A stretch of 57,240 nucleotides of DNA, taken from positions 1 to 57,240 of the IMG/VR virus record IMGVR_UViG_3300046466_000088; one strand, given 5' to 3'. Within the stretch, counting starts at the first letter, position 1. The number at the start of each line of letters is the position of its first letter. The notes under the pieces are model-generated. The model worked only from the letters and a program-made list of their open reading frames with translations, made no database searches and had not been told where the DNA came from. The translations under genes were made by a program, and so were the position numbers. Positions 39,701 through 46,103 of the stretch are shown here, piece after piece. Source of the DNA: a virus. Its lineage: Duplodnaviria; Caudoviricetes.

Positions 39701-40489
39701 GCTACAGATGCTTTATTAGATGCAGCAGTTGGTCTAAAAGAAGATAAACCTTTTGGTGAAGTAGCAACTAAATTTATAGGAGATACACTGACACCTGCAG
39801 GTCTTGACTTTTATAGAAAAAGAAAGCAGTATGAATTAGAACTTGCAGCAAAAGATAAAGAACTAGCTGATAAAGGTTATCCATCTTACACTTTGTTTTC
39901 TGAAAGAACAAAAGGTATTCCAGGCGAAGCTGACTATGGTGCTTTGTTAGGTGTTAAAACAAGAAGAATAGATATTGATTCCAGTGTTCCTTATAACATG
40001 GGTTATAGACTTAAAAATATGAATAGAGGTAAAGCATTATCAAGAGTTATGAAAGGAGACTTACCTTTTAGTGTTGATATTAAAAAAAGAATAAGAGAAA
40101 AAACACCTATAGCTTTGAACCAAATTAATGATAATGATTTTGTTGAAGCTAAAAAAACAGATGAAAAAACTAAATTAAGATTAGAACAAGAATTAAGAAT
40201 GTATATTAATGCTTACAGAGATTTAGGTTATAGTGACAAAGATATAACTAAAGCAATGAGAAGATTAAAAATATCTAAAGAAGGTTTACAAACATTAGAT
40301 GCTATACAAAAAAATAAACACATACCTACTGATATAACTAAATCTGATTTAGAAAATTTTTATAGAGGATTAAAACAAAAAGGTGTATCTTTTCCTTTAG
40401 GTAAGATAAGAGAAATAAATAAAAAATTAGTGGGTCAAAAGATTGACGAAGAATTATTTAAAACAATAAGAAGAGTAGGAGAAAAATAA
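36731..40489 (+). CDS. Large internal virion/ejection protein
   Basis: 1252 aa; helical composition; last large gene of the virion module. Confidence 0.6.
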   Translation: MAISIDSQSFRETAEKIEELQSKGALDSVKAKQLIEEQGFDPIEFKETYNKYSGLTQEEKDKAAEITGLGIIDAPIRVAGRAFGEAGRDIASFSADVAPNLTKKISDNFSVVSDAVGQYVPESVKEFSDELFDPYHGDGVYGTAEGAIGNIASYFVPATGILKATRGAHTLAKGNRFLNSGLKQASNLLGAKGRKATKVAGFLTTGAAAATIAEDPSENIVNTLREQFPESTQILEGLSVNPEDTRLQQRLNAFVNNLGFEVAAVGGIAGLIKGYNKVKPLGRKFEQLFSSTRGMSDKAQELFLGSDAAVSNAFKEATVDAKKLSKVMKKNNMKDPAQVQLVNDALQGDSVALKNIPTDVKEVVTEMRNNIDELSRFFIKNERLSKQLATTVDNNLNTYITKSYQAFEDPKYLQDMSDAIRRNKKNISMGRLDQITDEGLKKMTNYLVDDIGLEPNQAFNALKNSVQNLSPEETGNFLLDLANKNKGGQGTTGALKKRQLIPDPVKAFLGEIKDPTFNYVNSYKKLAAYKAEVNFLEGLKKDMLNSGAAVNIAKAKGQDITNVPDAFVKAEDIVDERLSKVFGGGVVRKDAVKNPLSDLYIDPSYAKTLREGIDGMNPASSSFFKYAWIPLKTGSQIAVTVFNPITHARNVLGNVVFMTSNGMSPINGGAFDASKFVVDKLFGLNNKELTQQFNKYKSLGITGTDIASETIRKNLKDITLNTPEVKKNIIDNLYKKLPQNITKYTTKPLGKAAKKAIDKVIDVYQLEDDVFKIMHFEGSKKYLKEAFPNLADDALESMAAQRTRDLMPNYKIAPAFIKSLRYMPIGDFATFAAESARVAKNLVKYTVKDALSGNATLSAAAAKRLAGMTAAGVGADYLSEQSKMFLGISDKEEEALKTIGPDWEYFAPQIYLDKKKVGGKKVYDTLSMASLDPFAFPKTAAKATHRMFFDPKISEQLLSGDIDKTLQPELFKVGNALFDGLLGPFIGTSLATDALLDAAVGLKEDKPFGEVATKFIGDTLTPAGLDFYRKRKQYELELAAKDKELADKGYPSYTLFSERTKGIPGEADYGALLGVKTRRIDIDSSVPYNMGYRLKNMNRGKALSRVMKGDLPFSVDIKKRIREKTPIALNQINDNDFVEAKKTDEKTKLRLEQELRMYINAYRDLGYSDKDITKAMRRLKISKEGLQTLDAIQKNKHIPTDITKSDLENFYRGLKQKGVSFPLGKIREINKKLVGQKIDEELFKTIRRVGEK

Positions 40490-40722
40490 TGAACAGTAGA
40501 GATTCATTGGAAGCAAGACTAGCTGCACTTGAAGCACGTAATGAGGAACAACACAAAGAGGTTGCCAATAAACTAGAAGTTGCTTTTGAATTAATTAATA
40601 AACAGACAGAGATTATATCAGGACTCAGAGCAGATATTGCTAGAGGTTCAGGTGCTATTAAGATGTTGTTTATTGTAGGTGCTGCATTAGGTTTAATATA
40701 TACATGGATTAAGATGATATGA
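40489..40722 (+). CDS. Coiled-coil protein with C-terminal TM segment (holin-like)
   Basis: Heptad-like N-terminus; hydrophobic C-terminus. Confidence 0.5.
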   Translation: MNSRDSLEARLAALEARNEEQHKEVANKLEVAFELINKQTEIISGLRADIARGSGAIKMLFIVGAALGLIYTWIKMI

Positions 40723-41042
40723 GTTTAGTTAATTTAACTGACTCAGCTAAGAAACATTTAAAAAAATTAGCACAAGACAATAATAAAAAATATGTTCGTC
40801 TAGAAGTTAAGGGTGGTGGTTGTGCAGGTTTTAAATATGATTGGTCATTTGATGACTACATACAAGACAGTGATGACTTTATAGAGTTAGATGGCTTTAC
40901 ATTATTAATAGATAAATCTAGTTTATTTTATTTAATGGGAATGACTATTGAATATAAGAAAGAAATATTTGGTAGCTTCTTAGAACTAAAGAATCCTAAT
41001 GCAACAAGTAGTTGTGGATGTGGAGAAAGTTTTGGAGTATGA
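40719..41042 (+). CDS. iscA: A-type Fe-S cluster carrier (IscA/ErpA/HesB family)
   Basis: LTDSA...VKGGGCAGF.Y...NPNATSSCGCGESF. Confidence 0.95.
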   Translation: MSLVNLTDSAKKHLKKLAQDNNKKYVRLEVKGGGCAGFKYDWSFDDYIQDSDDFIELDGFTLLIDKSSLFYLMGMTIEYKKEIFGSFLELKNPNATSSCGCGESFGV

Positions 41043-41434
41043 CATATAGTAAAGAATTATTAGAACATTATGAGAACCCTAGAAATGTAGGGTCAATGGA
41101 TAAAGAAGATAAAGATGTAGGTACTGGACTTGTTGGAGCACCTGCCTGTGGTGACGTAATGAAGTTACAAATTAAAGTAGGTGATGAAGGTGTTATAAAA
41201 GATGCTAAGTTTAAAACATTTGGATGTGGTTCAGCTATTGCATCTAGTTCATTGATTACTGAATGGGTTAAGGGTAAGAAGATTGATGAAGCTAATAAGA
41301 TAAAGAACACAGAGATAGCTAATCATTTAGCTTTACCTCCAGTAAAAATACATTGTTCAGTTCTAGCTGAAGACGCAATCAAAGCTGCAATCTCAAACTA
41401 TAAAAAAAAGAATGAAAGTAAAAACTTATTGTAG
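41039..41434 (+). CDS. iscU: Fe-S cluster scaffold IscU
   Basis: YS...LEHYENPRNVG, APACGDVM, FKTFGCGSAIASSS, LPPVKIHCS; ATGA overlap with iscA gives start 41039. Confidence 0.95.
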   Translation: MTYSKELLEHYENPRNVGSMDKEDKDVGTGLVGAPACGDVMKLQIKVGDEGVIKDAKFKTFGCGSAIASSSLITEWVKGKKIDEANKIKNTEIANHLALPPVKIHCSVLAEDAIKAAISNYKKKNESKNLL

Positions 41435-41537
41435 AATAATTATATTTTTATTTATTGTGGAAATATTTATGCACATTGCTGAGATAGCATTTGATATAGA
41501 AGCACATTATAATTTAACAGGTATGTTATACAAGTAG
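41412..41537 (+). CDS. Small membrane peptide (41 aa)
   Basis: Read manually: MKVKTYCRIIIFLFIVEIFMHIAEIAFDIEAHYNLTGMLYK. Confidence 0.4.
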   Translation: MKVKTYCRIIIFLFIVEIFMHIAEIAFDIEAHYNLTGMLYK

Positions 41538-41556
41538 CCAACTGTGAAAATTGGAC

Positions 41557-41600
41557 AAAAAAATACCCCTAGTTATTAAGTTAGCTAGGGGTTTTTTATT
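41557..41600. terminator. Bidirectional terminator between the convergent arms
   Basis: A-run, CCCCTAG...CTAGGGG stem, T-run. Confidence 0.75.
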
Positions 41601-41794
41601 TATTTAATTTCTTTTTTTATTGAAGCGATATCTTCTTCTACTTGTTTTATTTCGTTAATATAATGGTCTCTCATTTCTTTAAGACTTTCTAATTTATTTT
41701 TATAGTTCTTCATTCTATATTCATTATAGACTTTATCAGATATGACCATTAAATTTGGTCTCATCATATTAAACATGTCATTTACTAATAACAT
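41600..41794 (-). CDS. Small coiled-coil hypothetical protein
   Basis: AGGAG RBS; ORF track. Confidence 0.65.
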   Translation of the reverse strand: MLLVNDMFNMMRPNLMVISDKVYNEYRMKNYKNKLESLKEMRDHYINEIKQVEEDIASIKKEIK

Positions 41795-41856
41795 AATATT
41801 TTCTCCTTTAGTTAATTATCCCTATATAGGCAATAATGTTGTTGTTAAACTAGGTT

Positions 41857-41887
41857 TAAGCCACACCTAATTAAAGCATATGGCTTA
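41857..41887 (-). terminator. Stem-loop 3' of pqqA
   Basis: Minus strand TAAGCCATAT...GTGTGGCTTA; 10-bp stem with two G-U pairs. Confidence 0.55.
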
Positions 41888-41908
41888 TACCAAAAAAGAT
41901 AATGCTAA

Positions 41909-41989
41909 TTACTTTTCAGCACAAGCATATGAATTGATTTCTAAACCCACAGAAATTTCTGCGATAATAGGTTTTGTCCATACAGTCAT
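41909..41989 (-). CDS. pqqA: Pyrroloquinoline quinone precursor peptide PqqA
   Basis: Read manually: MTVWTKPIIAEISVGLEINSYACAEK; W-x-K-P, G-x-E-x3-Y; AAGGAG RBS; starts 2 nt past the holin stop. Confidence 0.88.
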   Translation of the reverse strand: MTVWTKPIIAEISVGLEINSYACAEK

Positions 41990-41990
41990 A

Positions 41991-42362
41991 TTATTTCTCC
42001 TTCCATGTTTTAATTCCTTTCTCAGCACCTCTGCTTATGATATAGCCACCAATACCAATCTGTAATAAATCAAATAACTTCATGATAACTTGGTCAGATA
42101 AATTCTCTGGGTGTACACCAAACCAATACATAAACAAAAGCATCAAGAAAGATAGCATTGTTAAAGGTCTCCAATTACGTTGTAACCAACCTTCACCTTT
42201 AGCTTCAGCAACCACTACAGATGCAGCAGCTTTTTCTATATCTGCTGAGTGCGTAACTAGTGCTTTATTTAATTCTGATTGAGCCTTTGCTTGAGCAGCT
42301 TTATCAGGAATTATTCTATCAATTACTTTACCTAATATAGGTGCAATCATTGGTAATAACAT
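41991..42362 (-). CDS. Holin (GTA 3TM-holin-like)
   Basis: IDRIIPDK...AEAK...WLQRNWRP plus two TM segments. Confidence 0.75.
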   Translation of the reverse strand: MLLPMIAPILGKVIDRIIPDKAAQAKAQSELNKALVTHSADIEKAAASVVVAEAKGEGWLQRNWRPLTMLSFLMLLFMYWFGVHPENLSDQVIMKLFDLLQIGIGGYIISRGAEKGIKTWKEK

Positions 42363-42402
42363 AATATTTCTCCTATTTATATGTATTATAACTCAATTTT
42401 AT

Positions 42403-42978
42403 TTAAAAGAAAAGAGTTAAATTATTATTTTTGTTCATCCTACATTTACCTTCAAGGCAAACTAAGTCGTTGGTTTCATTAATCTTTTCATAAGTCTTAT
42501 GAAGAGGACTTGTATAAAAATAGAATGAACCTTCCTGCATAGGTATATAATATTTTTTAGTAGCAGGTCTATTGTAATAAAATAAACCTGAACTAGAATT
42601 ACCTACATGTATAGGTAACACAAAATAGCTATTAGCATTATGGTTTAGATTATAATACGTTCCATCCTCTTGTATAATTTCAAAAGCAGGTGATGAATAT
42701 GTATCATCAAATGATAATTCCTCTACATATAAATTATTTAACATCTGTTTTATTTTAAATAATAAAGATGGAAACTTTTCAAATACAATAGGATTGTTTG
42801 TAAGACATTTATTTTTATAAGTATCTTCAGTATCTGTATCTTCTTTTCCTGAACCTAATGATAATCTATTAGAATATTTTGACCAAGAATCTTTTAAATC
42901 CAATACTGATTTATAGATTGTTTTACAATCTGTATCTTCTATAAAATCTTTAATCGTTATTGAAGAGAGTATTTTCAT
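42403..42978 (-). CDS. Hypothetical protein, weakly 2OG-Fe(II) oxygenase-like
   Basis: TIKDFI N-terminus and GS.Y.Y...LH pattern; no clear HxD; start uncertain. Confidence 0.35.
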   Translation of the reverse strand: MKILSSITIKDFIEDTDCKTIYKSVLDLKDSWSKYSNRLSLGSGKEDTDTEDTYKNKCLTNNPIVFEKFPSLLFKIKQMLNNLYVEELSFDDTYSSPAFEIIQEDGTYYNLNHNANSYFVLPIHVGNSSSGLFYYNRPATKKYYIPMQEGSFYFYTSPLHKTYEKINETNDLVCLEGKCRMNKNNNLTLFF

Positions 42979-45226
42979 ATTTAGGATGTTCCTTTCTACC
43001 ACCAGTTTTCCACAACTCAGAAACAAGAGTACCCTCACCATATAGTTCCATATGCATGTCAACATCTTGTCTTTGAAATAATTTCTCACAGTCTTGTGCC
43101 ATAGCTAGTAGCTCACCTGTAGTCCAGAACTTTTTATTATTTGTAGTAACGTGTAAGTATTTACCTTTACCTGTTGAACTATCAACTGCATCTTTATCTT
43201 TAGGTTCATCCATTGAACAATCAAAACCATATAGTTTAAAGTTTCTAAATCCTAACGTATGTCCAACACTAATGGCTCTCATAGCTGCACAAGTACCACC
43301 AGTTAATAGAACTGTATCATCAGGTATACCTAAGTCTTTTGGTATAGTAACTTTATTATCTGTATTCTGTTCAACAATAGCATCTGAGTAAGCATTCCAA
43401 CCTATTATCTTAGCACTCTTATCTTTTAAGAAATCTACAACTGAGGTATCAGTCATAGATGATACAAAGAATATAGTCTCTTTAGGTATCTCTTTAAATA
43501 ATTCTTTACGAACAATACCATGTGTACTTGTACCTTCAATAGGTCTAGGGTCAAGTATGTTACATGCCCAAGGAACTATACCTTCTTTCAAAAGCATAGG
43601 TAGTGAATGTTTAACACACATGATTTTGTCTTTAGTTGATTTAAGATAGTCTCTATAATTTAAAAAGGAACTACCACCTGAAACTATATTAAGTATCTCT
43701 CCATGTGGTCTTGACTTAGTTAGCCATTTATTAATTGACTGCACATTATTTTTTATATTGTTTCTAATATAATCAGTAGGCATACAGTCTTTTGGTTTAA
43801 CAATTATTGGAACGTGATTGAAACTTTCAGGGAGTTTATCAAGACTAGATTTATGAAGAACGACAGCAAGATGAGTAACACCACCACCTGCCACTGGGTC
43901 ACTAGATGGAAGAACTTTCCTGCGTAGCTTTTTATCAAGGGCATCAAATACTTTATTAGTTCCTTTATGTTCATCAACAACTTCCTTTCCTTTTTCATCC
44001 TTAGTAAAGTAATCATCAAACACGACAACAGGTAAATCTTTTGTCATATTATAATCGTGTTGAACAGTATCAAAGCTATGTCCACCATCAAGATAAGCTA
44101 TATCAAAATTCTTTTGTTGCGTTAGTGTTACTTTAGTATCACCTTTAACTAATTTAAATTCAAAGTCTTTGTTCATTTTTTCTTTAACAAAAGTTTTAAA
44201 TTCTTTTAGTCTATTACTAACTGCTTTATAAAGATTGTGTGGTTTAGTATTCATTTCAGTTGCATCAGTAAATTCATCTGCATCTTCAAATAAATCATAA
44301 CCTTCATAGTAAACTTTATCTACGTTGTCAAAAGCTGCCAGTGCCATTTCAATAGCACGACCACCATTCCATGTACCTGTCTCCAGTATTCTTGAAAACT
44401 TGTAATGTCTGATGACATCTGCCAATTGTTTGTACCTCTTTGGACCAACGACATCAGGTGTGGTCTTATCAGATAACAAGTCCTTCCTATTACCCTTGAA
44501 GTGTTCAAAGTAATCTGCCAAAGGTGAATTATTAAACGCATCTAAACCTCTCACGTCTGGTGTTAAACTATGTTTTTTTAAACCATGTGCACCATAGATA
44601 TTAAATAATCTTTCAAAGATAAATCCATCATGCCATTCTCTATATGAAAGAACTTCATGACTATTATAAAGACCTCTCATATCTCCCAGTAAATCAAGGG
44701 GTGGGATAGTGTTAAGATTAAAAGCCATGAAAGATGTTTCACTATAGTCCACATCCTTCCTACCTAAGTGGACGAGTTCAGAACCTAGGGGAATGATTCC
44801 AAACAAGTCTTGTTTATTAACAGGCTTTCTAAGGATAATGTCAGCATCTAACCAAACTACCCACCCTACTTGTACACTCTTTTCTACCAACTTGAAGGAG
44901 AAGTCAGTCAGAGCATACACTTTGTGACACCATTTAATGGCATCTAATCTCCAGTTATAAGGCATCTTACCAGCTTCAGTACCATCATGAAGTTTCATTT
45001 CTTCACGATAGGTAATCATTTCATCTACCTTATTAAGATTTCTAAATGTTATCTTGTCTGTTTTAGGAAACTCTTTTACCTGCTCATCAGTAAAGTCATG
45101 ATAGTAGGCAGTTAAATGTAAATCGTCAGCCATATATTTTATAACTGAGTCAATCATTTTCTTTGCATAAGTTTCCCATCCTTTAGGATTAAAGGACGTA
45201 ACGATATTTATTGTGTCTTTACTCAT
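42950..45226 (-). CDS. Fusion of GT-A glycosyltransferase, SAM methyltransferase and Maf/DUF115-like domains
   Basis: VWLDAD; ILETGTWNG...YLDGGHS...VFDD; IVSGGSS...GGT...GFRNFKLYGFDCS. Confidence 0.75.
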   Translation of the reverse strand: MSKDTINIVTSFNPKGWETYAKKMIDSVIKYMADDLHLTAYYHDFTDEQVKEFPKTDKITFRNLNKVDEMITYREEMKLHDGTEAGKMPYNWRLDAIKWCHKVYALTDFSFKLVEKSVQVGWVVWLDADIILRKPVNKQDLFGIIPLGSELVHLGRKDVDYSETSFMAFNLNTIPPLDLLGDMRGLYNSHEVLSYREWHDGFIFERLFNIYGAHGLKKHSLTPDVRGLDAFNNSPLADYFEHFKGNRKDLLSDKTTPDVVGPKRYKQLADVIRHYKFSRILETGTWNGGRAIEMALAAFDNVDKVYYEGYDLFEDADEFTDATEMNTKPHNLYKAVSNRLKEFKTFVKEKMNKDFEFKLVKGDTKVTLTQQKNFDIAYLDGGHSFDTVQHDYNMTKDLPVVVFDDYFTKDEKGKEVVDEHKGTNKVFDALDKKLRRKVLPSSDPVAGGGVTHLAVVLHKSSLDKLPESFNHVPIIVKPKDCMPTDYIRNNIKNNVQSINKWLTKSRPHGEILNIVSGGSSFLNYRDYLKSTKDKIMCVKHSLPMLLKEGIVPWACNILDPRPIEGTSTHGIVRKELFKEIPKETIFFVSSMTDTSVVDFLKDKSAKIIGWNAYSDAIVEQNTDNKVTIPKDLGIPDDTVLLTGGTCAAMRAISVGHTLGFRNFKLYGFDCSMDEPKDKDAVDSSTGKGKYLHVTTNNKKFWTTGELLAMAQDCEKLFQRQDVDMHMELYGEGTLVSELWKTGGRKEHPKYENTLFNND

Positions 45227-45227
45227 A

Positions 45228-46061
45228 TTAATAAGTTACCATCTTTGTAGGTCTTGTTTCACTTATAGTGTTTCTATATAATAGTTTTTCATCTTCCCAG
45301 TCTTGGGCAAATTGCATGTTCTCAAACTTACCACCAAACCAAGGACCACCAAGAGAAAAATGTATAGCATTAGGACTTTCATTTAATTTTGAAACTTCAG
45401 GAATATGATTCCAACTAGCAGGTATTTCTCCTATCTGGTCATCACTTGTCCACTTAAACTGATGTAGGTCTAAACCTTTCATATTATTTACTTTATCACT
45501 TGTCAAATTTTTTACATCTTTATGTTTCATATTAAACAACATAAGTGAAGACCATAACTTCTTATCATAACCAAGTTGTTTTTGATTATCCATCTTAGTA
45601 TCTTCAGTAGGTTGCCAATCAAACTTAACACAAGCAACAGCTTTATCAGAATGATTTTCCTCTACAAACTTAAATAGTTTATCTATATCTCTAAGAAATA
45701 AAAAATCACAGTCACAAAACATCACCCAATTTTTCATCTTATTTATTTTAGCTAGGTGGGGACATAGAAATCTTGTGTGACTAAACTCTGTTGAAAAAGG
45801 TTTGTCATCTAGCACATCATATTTTTGTCCTTCGTTATCTTCTCTCCACTCTCTAGTAAAATGACCACTACTTCTTAAATGATTAACATTTAAATCAATA
45901 ATTGTTAAAGGTCTTGAGCTATGTCTAGCTAATGAATTTTCACAAACTCTATAAGCTATATCTTCACGAGAGTCATACCCTATAAAAACAAAATTAGTTT
46001 TCTCTTTAGGTAAAGGATGAATTGTTTTTTCTTCGTGTGTTGTTCTTGCATTTATATACAT
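45228..46061 (-). CDS. GT-A fold glycosyltransferase
   Basis: VFIGYDSRE, STEFSHTRF, FCDCDFL (DxD), WSSLMLFN, HFSLGGPW. Confidence 0.8.
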   Translation of the reverse strand: MYINARTTHEEKTIHPLPKEKTNFVFIGYDSREDIAYRVCENSLARHSSRPLTIIDLNVNHLRSSGHFTREWREDNEGQKYDVLDDKPFSTEFSHTRFLCPHLAKINKMKNWVMFCDCDFLFLRDIDKLFKFVEENHSDKAVACVKFDWQPTEDTKMDNQKQLGYDKKLWSSLMLFNMKHKDVKNLTSDKVNNMKGLDLHQFKWTSDDQIGEIPASWNHIPEVSKLNESPNAIHFSLGGPWFGGKFENMQFAQDWEDEKLLYRNTISETRPTKMVTY

Positions 46062-46067
46062 TATATA

Positions 46068-46096
46068 ATTGTACTCCTTTTAATTATTAAAGTCAA
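46068..46096 (-). promoter_or_regulatory. Sigma70-type promoter for the glycan/holin/pqqA block
   Basis: TTGACT-17 bp-TACAAT. Confidence 0.5.
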
Positions 46097-46103
46097 ATAC
46101 TTT

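Noticed and set aside
12680-41310. Minus-strand ORFs within the structural arm (e.g. 12680, 16844, 19093, 22925, 34100)
   Set aside because: Antisense shadows with no RBS or motif support
41600-41794. PqqD chaperone next to pqqA
   Set aside because: Looks like a short coiled coil with no RRE/PqqD pattern that I can recognise; an HMM search would settle it
41880-42065. + strand 61-aa ORF
   Set aside because: Antisense shadow of pqqA and the holin, beyond the + arm terminator
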